From: Phaeosaccion multiseriatum
Lineage: Eukaryota; Protista; Ochrophyta, other classes
Direction: 5' to 3'
NCBI GenBank assembly: GCA_965112735.1
Contig: OZ218952.1
Span: 1,178,001-1,242,000 of the forward strand
Length of the DNA stretch: 64,000 bases
Shown: positions 1 to 12,603 of the stretch, one piece after another
Position numbering within the stretch: position 1 is the stretch's first letter
Layout of the letters: the number at the start of each line of letters is the position of its first letter
Notes under the pieces: generated by a model
Seen by the model: the letters and a program-made list of their open reading frames with translations, nothing else
What the model was told of the DNA's origin: nothing
The model's database searches: none
Program-made: the position numbers and the translations under genes

Positions 1-1072
1 AGGAGAGAACGGAGCCTACTTTCCGCGACACGCGTGCACCCAAGTGGCTGAAAGGTGCAGAGATCTCTCTCTCTCGACCTCTGTCGCTTTCTCTCTCGAC
101 CTCTCCCTCTCTCCCTCTCTCCCTCTCTCCCTCACTCCTTCTCTCCCTCTCTCCCTTCCCCCTCTCATGCCTCACCTCCAAGCGAGGGCAGCATACGTGT
201 GGAGCTCTCCTCGGAGGACTTCTCTTCTCTTCATTGCCTCCTCCCCCGTGTCCTCGCTCACTCGCAGCACCTGGACTCGCACGCACGCACGCATGCACAC
301 AAACACACACACATACAAACACGCACACAAACACACAGACACATACACACAGACACATACACACAGACACATACACAAACACGCAGATAAGTCTCGGCTG
401 AAGGGGCAGTCGATCTGTGCTTCTAAGTAAACCCAAACTCCAAATTGAGCTCAACTCCAACTAACCGACTCATAGAGTCCCTTCATGGCGCACAGCTCGG
501 CGTCATTGAGCTCCACGAAGCTCTGAGAGAGAGCAGCAACCTTCTCGGGCGTGAGATTGCCATAGGAGCCGCCGATGCCGCCCTCCCCTGGCTCTGTGGG
601 TGGGACCATGTCCTTGACTTGCCGCACGAGGGACAGACGCACTTGGTGCCGAGCCAACTGGCCCTGTCGAAAGGCGTCGAGCAAGCCCTGTGTGCGTTTT
701 GTTTGTGGATGGGAAGCATTGTGCAATTGGGCTTGTTGTCAGGTCCTTCAACATGCTTCTCTCGCAGGCGTATCTCAAGTTCAGAGAGAAGGAGCCTCGA
801 CTCCCCTCTTCTCCCCTCCCCTCCGCCTCCGCTACCTGTCTGGCGGTTGGGTTCGTGTACGCCACAGAAGCAAGCTCCTCCTGAAACTCATGAATGGCTC
901 TGTCGTGCCTCAAGCGTCGCCACGCGGCAAGCCTTCCCTCCCAATGTCGCCTGACGTCTGTGGCAAAGACGACATTCTTCCTCTCGAGCTTACCCAGAAG
1001 GTCTGCGTGCGACTTGCGGTTGTTCGCTAGGACCCTACTCAGGTCAAAGGCCTAAAGGACAGGCAGGGAGGC

Positions 1073-1105
<33 letters not shown>

Positions 1106-2452
1106 TACAGACATAGAAGGGGCGGGGAAGGGGGAAGAAGAGGGTTGATTGATGTCCACCGAGGGGAGGGAAAAGAGCAAGGGGGGGGAGGAGAAGTAAG
1201 AGGAGGAGAAGTCGGAGGAGGAGAAGCAAGAGAGGAAAAGACGATGTTTGATCCGATTTCTTCCACACGTCCTTCTTCCCACTGCCCCTGCCCACCTCCT
1301 TACCCCTTCCCCCCTCTCCCGCCTTCTCCTTCCTCACTGCTCCCAAGCCACCCAGCCCTGTTGCCAGTCCTGTTGCCTACTTACATGCTCTTCCGCAAGG
1401 CGCTCCACCTCCCCGGGGGGCCGAACAGCGATCTGAATGAGCTGATCAACAAAGTGCCTCAGCTCGGTGCCCACAAGCTGCGCCCGTTGCTGCTCCACTG
1501 CTTCCAGAGTGTCGCCAAAGTCGCGAATGTGGGCGGTGCGTCTGTCCAGCAGCATCTGGAGGTTCTCGCTCCACATTTGCACCACATAGGGGAAGTCTTG
1601 CACCACAAGATTGCCGTCACTGATGAGTGCATGTGGGTGCGTGCAAGCGAGTGAGTGAGTGGGTGAGTGAGTGAGAGGGTGATGGAGAGCGATACATATA
1701 TACACATATATATACATATATACGGATCGCAAACGGTGGTAGGACATCGCGTTTTTCCTCCCCTCTCTTCTCTACTCTCTACTCGCTACTCACTCGTTGA
1801 GCTCGCTCTGGAGGGCCTTGACCGCCGCGAGTATCTGCTCCATGTCGTCTCGCACAGTGTAGCTAGCCTGGAGCACCAACTGCTCAATGTCTTCAGAGAG
1901 GTCCGCCAGGCGCTTGTCAAAGGCCTTGATGGTGGCCGAGTCTCGCTCTCGCTTCTCCTCCATTTTCGCCTCCAGCTTCTCAAAGCCGCTCCTCGGTATT
2001 TTGGGCACCATGGGCTGGTCGCTGAGCATGCGCACCTCTTCAATCTCGCCCTGCAACTCCTTCGTCCCATCACCCCCTTCGTCGTCTCCAAAGCCTAAGG
2101 AAGAGGAGGAGGACGAGGAGGAGCAGCTCTGATTCGTTTCTGGCCCGAGCCTTTGAGTCTGTCGTGTGGAGCCCGTGCCGCAGTCCGCATGCGCCAAAGG
2201 CCTGTCCCTTCGCATTTCCATGCTTCTCTCCATCGTCGAGGCGGCCGTCACTCCCGTAGGAAGATAGTCCAGCCCGAGCTTTGTGGACAGGAGAGCCGCG
2301 ACACCCGGCTTGCTGCGAATGAGCCTATTGTTTCCCACGGTGGAGCGAGGGTTCGCCAGCGAGTGAAGGAGACTCTGCTCGGCCCTCGCCTTCGCATCTG
2401 GAGGGGGCAGAGCCATGCTGCTGGGCGTTGCCGCCAAGGCGCCTCCCTCCAT
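1..2452 (-). CDS. CCDC180/CFAP76-like (DUF4455) coiled-coil flagellar protein, multi-exon, continues past window start
   Basis: ATG at 2452. Exon peptides EVRMLSD...; VVQMWSENLQMLLDRRTAHIRDFGDTLEAVEQQRAQLVGTELRHFVDQLIQIAVRPPGEVERL; ANNRKSHADLL...WEGRLAAWRRLRHDRAIHEFQEELASVAYTNP resemble the DUF4455 pattern as recalled. GT-AG introns lie between them. Confidence 0.7.
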
Positions 2453-2679
2453 GCTTTCTATCCCTACCACCTGCCCACCTTTTCACGGTTTCATCATTTC
2501 GACTTCTGCCGCTCGCCATCCACTGCCATCCCTGCCTGTTTCCTTTCCCTCTCTTTTTTTATGGGATGATCTTGACCTGTATAGGAGCAAGGAGTGAGTG
2601 GTTTGGTTGGAGGGTGGTGTAGTGCTGAGTTGGGATCAGCGGGAGGAGAGGGAAAGCTGTTGTGGTCGTACCTTTGCCC

Positions 2680-4450
2680 ATGCATCTCCTTGGGGCCTTC
2701 CTCCTTTTGTACTCATGTTGCCAACATGCACACGGCTTTATGCCAGCTGCAGCTGTGGCCCTCAGGAGGGGGGCGGCCTGTAAGAGTTCAGCTCTTGAGA
2801 AAAAGCCCCTAGGCCCACAGCCGAGCAAGGAGCGAGACCTGGGGGTTTCCTTGCACATCAGCAGGCTAAGCGTGGAGATGGATGACGACGAAGACGACCG
2901 GGATGAAAACCTGGAAGCAGCCGCAACAGCACCAGTAGGAGCAGGCGGTAGTACAGTGATGGAGTACAAGCAGCTGGAGGTGGAAACCCTCGAGGGTATT
3001 TCTCTTCATGGTAAGCCTACGACGGCAGTAGCCAACAAGTCCGACGGTGTTGGGGCGGCGCGGAAACCATACCTGCGAAGTAGCTCAGACTTGGAAAGGA
3101 GTACGATTGTTTCTTGATAATGTCCCCTCTCCCTGTGCCTCTGCTGTCCGGCATGGCGGACGTGACCCTCTCTGCTGTGCACTCGCGTGTGCGGGCCTGC
3201 CTCCCCCCCCCTGCCTCGTAGATATAACTCCGCAGATCAAGGAGCTGGTGGCCAAGTCTGGCGTTAAGAACGGCTTCGTCAATGTCCTCTCCAGGCACAC
3301 CACCACCTCGATCCTCATCAACGAAGCCGAAGACAGATTGGGTGAGCAACAGTACAGTGTTGTCAAGGCCAGTGCGACTGATTGCGAGTACGCGGACTAG
3401 CAGGCGAGGCGACAGGAAGGGAGGGGGGGGGGGGGGAGGGGGAGTGATTCAGAGTAGGTACGCCAAGGCCGACGAGCCCCGACTGCCAATGAACTGCTAC
3501 GACGATGGGGACTGATTCGCTCACGACCTCCCTGGATGGAAAGTCCAGCCCTCGACGACACACATGCACACCTGCACATCCCCTCATGTACCTCATGCTT
3601 GCGCCCCCTTCTGCTGTGCCATGCATCCCTCTCTCTCTACCTCTGCTGTGCTGTGCCGCGCTTGGGATGATGATGATTCAACGCCCTTCTGTCCTTCGCA
3701 GTCGACGACATTCGGCAGTATCTGCTGCGACTCGCCCCTCCCTCACACCCTTACTTGCACAACGATCTCCACGTGCGGAAGGGGCCCGAGGACTGGCCGG
3801 GAGGGGATGAGGCCTGGCGGGCACAGGTAACGTCTGTCTGTCCCTCTCTCTATCTTCTCTGTGTGTATGTGCCTGTGGGCGCGTGAGTGTACGTCTGGCT
3901 CTGCTCTGGAAGGGCAGTCAGGATCTTGGGAGTGCAGGCATGAGCAAGCTCGGGTTTGTGACTTGTGCCTCCCTCAATGCCCCCCCCTCAACGCTCAACG
4001 GTGAACCCCTGCCGTCCCTGGCGTTCCCTCCTTGCCACTCCATGTGCAGGAGCCCAAGAACGCTCACAGTCACCTGCTGAGCATGCTCATTGGTAACAGT
4101 GAGAGCATCCCCGTGGCTCAAGGAGAGCTGACCCTCGGCACTTGGCAGTCCGTCATGATGGTGGTGAGTGCGCGCGTGTGTGTGAGAGAGAGAGTGTGAG
4201 TGTGTGTGTGTGTGTGAATATGTGTACTTGTGTGTGTAAGTGTGAGTGTGTGTGTGCGAGCATGTGTGTCTGTGTGAGCCATTTTTCTGGGGTATACAGC
4301 GGCAAGGCCGGGGAGTGCAGGGAAGAGGAGGAAAGTGGAGGAGGGTCTTTCTCAGCTGTCTTGCCCTGTTAACATGTACTGTATCGATCGCAGGAACTGG
4401 ACGGCCCCCGGAACCGAACTGTGGGCGTTCAAATAGTTGGCATGAAGTGA
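2680..4450 (+). CDS. YjbQ/UPF0047 family protein (secondary thiamine-phosphate synthase-like), predicted plastid-targeted, 5 exons
   Basis: Spliced peptide [35 protein letters not shown]...YLHND...[56 protein letters not shown]. Carries the HTT, NAHSH, LGTWQ and ELDGPR motifs of UPF0047. N-terminal signal peptide ends AHG-FMP. Confidence 0.9.
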
Positions 4451-5874
4451 GGACCTGGCTGAGTAGGAGGAGCAAGGAGGGAGGGGCGCGAAGAGAGGCC
4501 CTATACTCTGACCAGCACTTGCCTGGAGAACAACACAAGGAAGGGAAGTTGGTGCCTTCTTTTCCTTCCTTCTCTGTGCTCTGTCCATTTCCTCACAGGG
4601 GAGGCCAGGGATGAAGCGAAGCACCAACAAGTGACGATTGTTGGGTGATTCACTGAGTAGTGCAAGCAGTCGTGTGAGTGTCGGGCCTTAAAGTAAGTAG
4701 TCTTAAAGTTCGTCCTTGTCTTCTTCAGTTTACAGAGTACTGTAAGCAAGCAGAGGATAGCAAGACCACAGTCCCCGACAACACCGAGATTCATCGACAA
4801 AAATCTCATTCAGACACCGTCCTTGGTACTTGCATTGACCTCCTTTGTACGCACAAAAGGCATACGCCTCTGCGGCTCTGCAGCTCTGCCTGCTCACTGA
4901 CGACAGACAAACGCGGTATCCTGTACAGCGCATGTGGTGCTGCTGGCCCATAAGCCTGTGCTGGCCCACAAGCCTGCCGCCACACGCGCTGAACAGAACA
5001 CCGTCCTCTCTTATGGCAAGTCGGCAGACAGAGCCGAGCACTATCGGCCACAACGGAAGGAAGAAGGAAGGAAGGAAGGAAGGAAGGAAGGAAGGAAGAC
5101 GCTTGTCCCCCCCCTTGCCCCGGAAGAGAGGAGGAGCTCCTCACGGCCATCAGTCAAACTGACACTCAGAACATCAGGGCTCGTGGGGTGAAGATCTGAA
5201 GGCCGTCGTTAGCCCCCCTTTTGGCCTTTTGGGTGAGCTCCTGCCTCTAGTCTCTCTCAAGCCAAACGCTAAAGGACTTGTGGGTGAGTGAAGTGCTCTT
5301 TCTCAAAAGAAAGAAGTCGTGCGTTTGCCTCATCCGTCTCTCGGTCCCCCGAGTAAGTCGAGCCTCAAGCCTGATCCCTCTCCCTCCCTCCCTCCCTCCC
5401 TCCCTCCCTTCTGCTCCTTCTCTCCCCTCCTCGACAACACGCAATGTGCGTGCATGTTCTTAGACTCTTGCTTGTTCTCCTGACGTGCCTGCTCCACCGC
5501 ACAACAGGCAAGACAACCTGCCCCCCAGCCTCTCCCGACAGGCGCTCCTTCCCCCACTTCGAATGCAGCGGGGGTCTAAAACAGGCTCAACCAATTCAGA
5601 CTCAAGGCCCTGGCAGTCATGATGATGCTGAATAGGTGTTGCGCCTGGTTCCGCCCTGCACTCGACGGGTGGAAGGAGTGGAGGGAGTGTGTGGGGGGGA
5701 GGAGGGGCGGCTGCCTTGTCTGTTGTCTGGTGGACATGCGGACCTGCTGGCGAAGCTGTGTACAATACCGAATGAGTCTTCCCCTTAGCCGCAGCAGGAG
5801 CGGAAGGGCACACCTTTCCTCCGAAAGGTGGCTTAGCGTCCGCCCTGCTGACTGGCAACATCCTCTCTCATCCA

Positions 5875-6672
5875 TCAAGTCATGTCATCATCGTCGTCAT
5901 CGTCCTCCTCTTTGTTCTTCCTCCACTGCTGCAGCATTTGGAACTCGTTGTAGTGCTGAGCCCGCTTTGCCTGGAACGCTCCAGAGGCCTTCTCGCCGCC
6001 GCCCTCCCCCTCTTCGCTGTCCCACCTAAGGTGGGGGGGGGGAGGAGCAAAGAGTAAATGGGCGAGTCAATGGGGTGAGCGGCACTATATGCAGGCTTCT
6101 TGCTTGTTGGGCAGCAGTGCATCAAGAAGATAACCATACGGTAACACGCCCTTAATCCCCCACCGGCTCTTTCATTCTTCGCGCCCCCCCCATTCACTCC
6201 TTTCTCCTACGCACCGTGTAGCTCTCTCCCTCTGAAGGTTTTCTTCTGATGGCAAGCGGGCATTGACTTCACTTAGTACAACCCCCCCTCCCCTGCCTCC
6301 TCCTGCAGATCCCGGCGACTGGCCTGAATGACTTCGTTGACTTCGAACAGTGCCGTTAAGCGAGCCCTCTTCGTCATCCTCCTCGCCCCCCCTGGCCGTG
6401 GAACCACCGCTGCCACGCCCGTCCTGGCTCTCCGTGTCAGAAGCGTCCCCGGCCATGTAGTGATAAGGGGTGGACGGTTCGTCGATCTTCTGCCGGGTGC
6501 CCCTTAACTTGTCGTGCTCCGCGATGGTCTCCTCGTCCCACGTGATATGTGCGGGGTTTCCATCCACCCCGTCTCCCCCTCCTCCGTCGGCTACTACTGT
6601 TCTCTCCCCACCATTGACGTTGGGTCTGGTACCGGAGTCGCTACTGTCCATGCTGGTGGCCGTGTCACTCAT
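5875..6672 (-). CDS. Protein phosphatase 1 inhibitor-2 (IPP-2) family protein
   Basis: Exon 1 has HITWDEETIAEHDKLRGTRQKIDEPSTPYHY (RVxF-like ITW and IDEPxTPY motifs). The last exon has FQAKRAQHYNEF followed by an acidic tail. A probable 5'UTR intron donor lies near 6770. Confidence 0.88.
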
Positions 6673-6935
6673 CCTCGCCTGCACGCTGAGTGAGGTAAGG
6701 GAGCAAGATACAAAAGGATGGGACGTCAGAGAGAAAGCATAATGGAAATCATGAGGTGGAGAGATGGCTTACCTCTTTCTCTCCTTCCTTCTCCACCCCC
6801 CCCTTCAACAAGTTGCAATGACAATTCACAAGGGTGAAGGACCAACTCCTCAAAAGGAGGAGGAGGAGATTAGGAGGAGGAGGGATCGATCATTCCCTTG
6901 AACCGTCAAGCCAGAAGACGGCCAGCCATAATAAG

Positions 6936-8499
6936 ATGAAGTTACATGCGGGGGCAATACAGCTGCTTGAGCACATCAACTTGAACGTACCGCAGCACGC
7001 CCCGGCCAAGGCTTTCTACTTTGGCGTTCTGGGGTGCGCGGTGGACCCGCGGAGGGCAAAGAATCAACACATCTTCACGGGGACATTGTGGTACGATATC
7101 AGATCTTAGTACGGAACAGTGTGGGTAAGCCGTTGTCCTCATTATCATCTCTGTCCTCTTGAAATACGCGCTTGCTGCTGCCTTCTGCACAGGGCCAACA
7201 TTGGCGTCTCGCAGGTACCGTGGAGACATCCAGGCAGGGGAGAGAGTAGATACTAGCAGGGTTGAAAGCGAGCATCGACGAGGGCCCGGTTGTTTATCTT
7301 GTGTTGGCAGAAGTGAGTCTGGGCGTTCTGATTGGAGAGCCGCCCCCTGATTGGGGGGTCTGTGCATTCCGGGACTCGCTGTAGGAAAGAGGCTGAGGTT
7401 CCTTGATTGGGGGGCCGCTGCTGATTGGCAGGCTGACTGATTGGTCAGAGTGTTTCTTTTCCACTCATCCACCCACTAGGTGCATCTGCCAGAAGGCGAC
7501 CCTCAGGTCATCCCCGGCACCGTCGGCCTGCTCTACCCAGTGGACGGGCTGCACCAGCTCGAGGAGAGGTTGAGGAAGGCAGATGCAGACGAGGCACTGA
7601 AGGAGACCGCCTTCGCCTGGTGGAAAGCGCCCGTCGCAGGTGCTGCAGGGGCGGTCGGAGCAGCTCCACAAGAGGGAGGGTCGGAGGAGCCAGGAGGGGA
7701 GCGACAAGACCAAAGTGGTCAGAGTCTTTTACCGCCGGAGCATAGTCTGTCTGGTAACCTTTTATCGCGAGAAGCTGTCTTGCCCAACGCGGAGCAGCTC
7801 CGCTTCGTTTGCCGATGCCCCTATGGGAACACCTACGCTTTGTACGCGGACGACACTGCAGAGGGAGGAGGCTGTGATAAGCGGGGGACTCAACCAGGAC
7901 CAGCATCAGCCAGTTCAGGCCTGGCCTACGTCGAGTTTCGAGTACGGCAAGGAGCGGCAGAGGGTATCGCCCAGTTCTATAGAGACCACTTTGGGGCGGA
8001 GGCGCACGTCATCGCCAGGGAAGTGGAGGGGGCAACAAAAGATGCGACGGCCCTCCAAACTGCCGTGGTGAGCACTGGGCCTCACCAGCGCCTACTCTTC
8101 CGAGAGTCCGTGGAGCAGGCAGACGGGGAACCAACCCGGGCCTACGATGGGCATCACATATGCATTTATATGGAAGACGAACCCTTCCAACGGGCGTTTG
8201 AGAGCCTCGATAAGGCAGGCTTAATCTTCGTCAACCCGAGACCGAACTACGGCCAAGCCGACACCCTGGCTAAGGCCGTTGAGGAGCGACAGTTTCGGGT
8301 CAAAGATATGCGCGGGGCCTTGAGCGTGCCATTTGGGGGTGAAGATAACGAGAAAGGGGCCAAGGATACCACAACGACAGCGGGGCTGGACAGTGATAGC
8401 GACGGCGGTGTGCTCCTCCTAGAGCTGGAGCACGAGGTGAGGAGTTGCCTGCACCCTTCATGCCCGCTGCCTTCCCCGTCTCCCTCCCTCCCTACATAG
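6936..8499 (+). CDS. Glyoxalase/VOC-fold protein of unknown function, 3 exons including a 22-nt micro-exon (7193-7214)
   Basis: LEHINLNVP...AKAFYFGVLGCAVDP, then W-ANIGVSQ (micro-exon), then VHLPEG...LAYVEF...IAQFYRDHFG...GHHICIY...ELEHEVRS. This is a paired beta-alpha-beta-beta-beta VOC pattern with His/Glu metal ligands. Confidence 0.75.
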
Positions 8500-8977
8500 G
8501 GTATGAGTGAAATAAAATGCCAGCAGGCCTTTCCATTCCCTCCCTTTTCACACTCGAGCGAGAAAGACTCGTGTTCTTGAAATATTATTTTAAAACTCTT
8601 TTCATAAGCAAAAGGTGCATTTTATTTTCTGTCTCTCTTGATAGTAAAAATTCAGTCAGCGCAGAGGGGCAATGCTGAGTCGGGTGGGGCCCTGCCTGCC
8701 AAACACTTGCAGGAAAGATGCGCGGCCTCAATTCAATTCAAGCCCCCCCTCTAATGTAAAAAAAAACACATAAAAGACTCTTCGTACCGTTCCCTGGGGC
8801 CGTCCTTCGCCAGTCTTAGCCCACACTTCACTACTTAACTCCCCGCCCGCAGCAGAGCCCTCCTCCCTCTCTTCGAATGCTTCGTTCGCTTCTTGCTCTT
8901 GGAGTGTGATGATTGCTCGCTGCCCTCGCCATGGCTGCGCCACCCGCGCCACCTAAAAAAAAGGGTCGTACAAGTAT

Positions 8978-10514
8978 TTATTTCCTGCCCTTCTTGCCGG
9001 CCTTGCCGGTGACGACGGGTGCCGGGGCGCTGCCGGAGCCGAGCACTGTGGGGGGCCGGTGACGACACACGGACAGGAAGGAGAAATCAAGCGCGTTAAA
9101 AGAGAGCGTGGCCGACAAGCAACGCGGGGAAACATACACCACACCCAAGAGGAGGCACAAGACACACTAAGCCCTCAGGGAATGAGTCCAGGCAACCGAC
9201 TTACCGCTGAGGAAGATGTTGTAGAAGATCTGGATGGTGTTGATGTAGAGCAGACGCTGCTCCGTGGGCACGAACTTGAAGTTGATGGTGTGTGCCAGAG
9301 GCCAGACAGTCCAGCTGCCCACCACGCCCTTGATGAGGTCGTTCTTGACCTTGGTCCAGATCTGGCTGGGGGTCTGTAGAGAGGTGTGTATGTGTTGTGT
9401 GTCATGGGTAGGGTAGAGGCAAAGGAGAAAGATAAGTGACTGACTGGCTGGCAGCGAGATGGGGGGGTGGGTGCGGCGGGTGTTTTCTGCTGCTGACAGA
9501 AACAGGGGCGGAAAAAGCCCGCGTCACTGCCGCGCTGCCGCATCCACCAGCGCACTAGACTGGGGGCGGGCATTAACACACGGCCATACCACCGTACCTG
9601 GCCGGAGGTGATGCCAATCCATGAGAGGTACACGAAGGTGAAGATGGGGGCCCAAAGCACCTGCAAGTAGTGTGTGTTTTGTTGCGAAGCCGGACAAAAA
9701 TGGATAAAAGGGTGGGAGGAGCGTCAGAGGGAAGAAGCAGCAGCAGCAGCAGCAGCAGAAGTGATAGCAATACCAGAGAGAGCAAGGGGAGAGTACTAGA
9801 GAGCTATGCATGCCATTCTGTGCGGGGAGTTACGGAGCAGGCCGCCAACTATGATACAAAGAACACTTGACCCACCTGATCGATGAAGACCTTGCTCACG
9901 ACCGTAAGCGCGGCAGTGCCGGGCAATTGCCTGTCAAGCTCGTTGTAGAAGAAGTGGCTGATGGTTCCGTGGAACAGGAATCCGAAAGCGGCCATGCGCA
10001 CCAGGCGAGCGTAGTCGAAGGACTTGGTCTTGGACACAAAGTTCTGAGCCAGCGTATCTCCAACGCTGAATCCACACAGAGACGTGCACGCCTTGGTGAG
10101 GATAGGCTTCTCCGCAAGCACCTCGTTGTACTGGTCCCACAGACCCGCGATGGCACCCGCTGCAAGCAGGAGCGGGGCACCGTTACCCTCTTCCTCCTCC
10201 TCCGATCCAAAGTAGTAGTTGTTGATGTTTCCACCTCCTCCTCCTCCACCACCTGCTCCGTCCATGCTGCCTCCACCCCCACCCAAGATGGTGCCTGGCC
10301 TGCCGAAGAAGAAGTTGCGCACCCCTCCTCCCATGCCCCCTCCCCCGCGTCCGACGCCAAAGCCCCGTCCATTGCCTCCTCCAAGGCGCATGCTCATACT
10401 GGATCCAGAGGAACGAGCAGCGGGCACAGGGAGGGATACGGGCATGCCGGTGAAGGCGGCCGCCGAGGAGATCCCGGCGGCGGCCACGGCCATCGAAATC
10501 GCAGTCCCCTTCAT
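8978..10514 (-). CDS. Mpv17/PMP22 family membrane protein with bipartite plastid-type presequence, 4 exons
   Basis: PILTKACTS...GDTLAQ...DYARLVRMAAFG...HFFYNELD...KVFIDQ|VLWAP...|...WTVWPLAHTINFKFVPTEQRLLYIN. N-terminus MKGTAISMAVAAAGISSAAA-FTGMP. Confidence 0.9.
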
Positions 10515-11109
10515 GGTCTAAGTGTTGGTAGAAGGGCTTGTCGCAGCGTGGAGAGAGAGGGCAAGTTTGATTTGCGCCTCAACAAGCTTCTCAAAAATGC
10601 CCCCCCCCTCGGGATTGACCTGCAAACCGGAAACTGCAAACAAACAAAAAAAAACGGCGCCTTTTTTTTTAACTTTTCTTCCTCATCCCTCTTTTCTCGG
10701 GGCTACAATATGGGGGACTGCCGGGATGGCGCAACTCATTTGTATTGTAGGGGGGCTGTTGTGTGAGATAGATTGGCGAAGGAGGGCAACAGGGGTGGTT
10801 AGCTGGGGCGGTTGTGGCCCGTCTTCTCACCGCAGGCTGTGACTGTGATGCCCTGACCAGGACTGGCTAGACACCGCTGCTCACCGCTATCGTTATTGAC
10901 CGACGTGGGACCGTTCTGCAGCTCCTCTCCACTGGAGCCTCGGTGGAGAGTGCTCTGGCCTGTGCACGGCAGCGTAGCTTGGGCAGTGAAGTCGAAGAGT
11001 GCCTCCTCGCCGCAGCAAAGGACTTCTTCTCATCGCAGACTGCCCTGGCTGGACTCCTGGACCTGGCTGATGTGCACAACTGACCCCACCTTTGGAAGAC
11101 GTTGACTTC

Positions 11110-11350
11110 CACACCATGCTCGTTGTGGCTTCGGAAATGGCCTGGCCATGCCCGTGATGATCAGCAAAGTGAAGCGGAGTGCATCTGAAGTTACCATCCA
11201 CACAATCCGCCATGGCACCAGCACGGAGAAGCCTCCCCACAACTTCATCATGACCTCCTGCGCAGGCAGGCGGCGTGGAGAGCAGTTAAGCCTGTGCGAT
11301 CCTTCGCGTCCACTAAGGCACCCGCCGAGGCAAGCTTGTCCAGTACGGAG
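11110..11350 (-). pseudogene. Ankyrin-repeat gene relic (about 2 repeats, frameshifted, 5' end cut by retroelement)
   Basis: VLDKLASAGALVDAKDRTGLTALHAAC, then a 4-bp duplication frameshift, then AGGHDEVVGRLLRAGAMADCVDGNFRCTPLHFADHHGH. No start codon or upstream exon visible. Confidence 0.7.
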
Positions 11351-11842
11351 CCGGCGACCCAACCTATGCCCACCCGGCGCATATGCTCGACCTTACCCTG
11401 AGTAACAACATCTGCAGGACGGCCTTGAATGTGCTCCACACGGACATCAGACCGGGAGCGGCAGCAGCCCACAGCGAGACCCGCAAGGAGCGGCACTACG
11501 CGAACACCTACGACCGAGAGCGTGTTCGCCTCACAACCTTCGCCATCGAGACCCACGGACGACTCGGCGCACACAGGCGCACTCGCCGAGCCCGCCGTCT
11601 CCAGCACGGGCCGCACCGGCTCCTCCACCACCAAGGGCCACGTCCTGACCAGACTTCACCGTCTCGTCAGCTGCAGCCACCAGATGTGGCTCTCGGAGCG
11701 AGAGCGCGCTTTCCTGGGTCGGCTCAACCGCGGAGCTGGTCCTGCACTCACCGCCCTAGAGGGGGAGTAACCGGCCCCTCGAGGGCCCCGGAGACACAGA
11801 GATACATGCCCCCCCCCCCCCCACACACACCCACAATCACAC
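11350..11842 (+). mobile_element. 5'-truncated non-LTR retrotransposon fragment with restriction-like endonuclease (RLE) C-terminus
   Basis: RRPNL...LDLTL...PGAAAAHSETRKERHYANTYDRERVRLTTFAIETHGRLG matches the RLE signature (R-PD...D...AA..E..K..Y...FAvETxGxxG) of CRE/R2-type LINEs. Frameshifts are present, and it ends in a C-run/CA-rich tail at 11808-11842. Confidence 0.7.
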
Positions 11843-12068
11843 TTTCAGTTTCATAGGTGATTCCTATTAAGTCAATAAAAGCCAAAAGGGGGTCAGGCCA
11901 GATTGATCTCGAACAGGAGCAGCTCTCCCGGCTCCGGTACGTGAAAGAAGCTCCCACCGTCTCGCGATTAAGAAATCAATGCGACCATCTTGGCTCTGAC
12001 ATGCCGGCTTGCCTAGTCAATAAACAACATCTCTGCTAATCTTGCTGTGCTTAGGTAATCATGCCTGT

Positions 12069-12590
12069 TCGGCCCCGTGCACGCCTAGCGGCCTAGGCCT
12101 ATTTTGGAAAATTGCCCGGCCTAGCGAGGGCTGTAGGCCCTCGGCCTATTTATAGGCCGCCTAGGCGGCGGCCTAGGCGGGGGCCGGAGGCCCGCGGCCT
12201 AGGGCAGACGCCAACTAGGCGCAGGTCCAGGGCGGGAATAAGCTCGTATGCCCCTGGGCTGGCCCGGAACCCGCCCAAGTGTCGTCAGTTTTAAGCAAAT
12301 GTATTGCATGGGATAAGTGAGGAGTAGACTTGGTTCGTGTTGTCTCTTTCCGCCTCGCTGGCCCTACGAGGAGTGCAGGCCTACAGGTGTGCTGCTACCC
12401 ACTGGCTGGGCGGCACCACGCACGCGCCCACGGTCACTGGGAGGCTGCCTAGAGGCGGGCTATAGGCCGCCTAGGGCTGAAAAGTGAGCGGCCTAGAGCG
12501 GCCGGAGGCCGCCGGCCTAGGCCTATTTCAGCCGAAGGCCGAGCGGCCTAGCGGCCTAGAGCCTAGGCCGCTAGGCGTGCACGGGGCCGA
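12069..12590. mobile_element. MITE / non-autonomous TIR element, 522 bp
   Basis: Perfect 30-bp TIRs TCGGCCCCGTGCACGCCTAGCGGCCTAGGC at 12069-12098 and 12561-12590. Many internal GCCTAG repeats. Imperfect flanking duplication ATGCCTGT / ATGCCCGT. Confidence 0.88.
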
Positions 12591-12603
12591 TGCCCGTATT
12601 GCA

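Noticed and set aside
4442-4462. Selenocysteine read-through at the YjbQ TGA, with the 4872-5038 hairpin as SECIS
   Set aside because: The domain is complete at the stop, and I could not see a SECIS core (AUGA/GA quartet with apical AA) in the hairpin.
6812-6825. X-box-like GTTGCAATGACAAT
   Set aside because: Imperfect match, not upstream of a ciliary gene, and RFX regulation is not established for this lineage.
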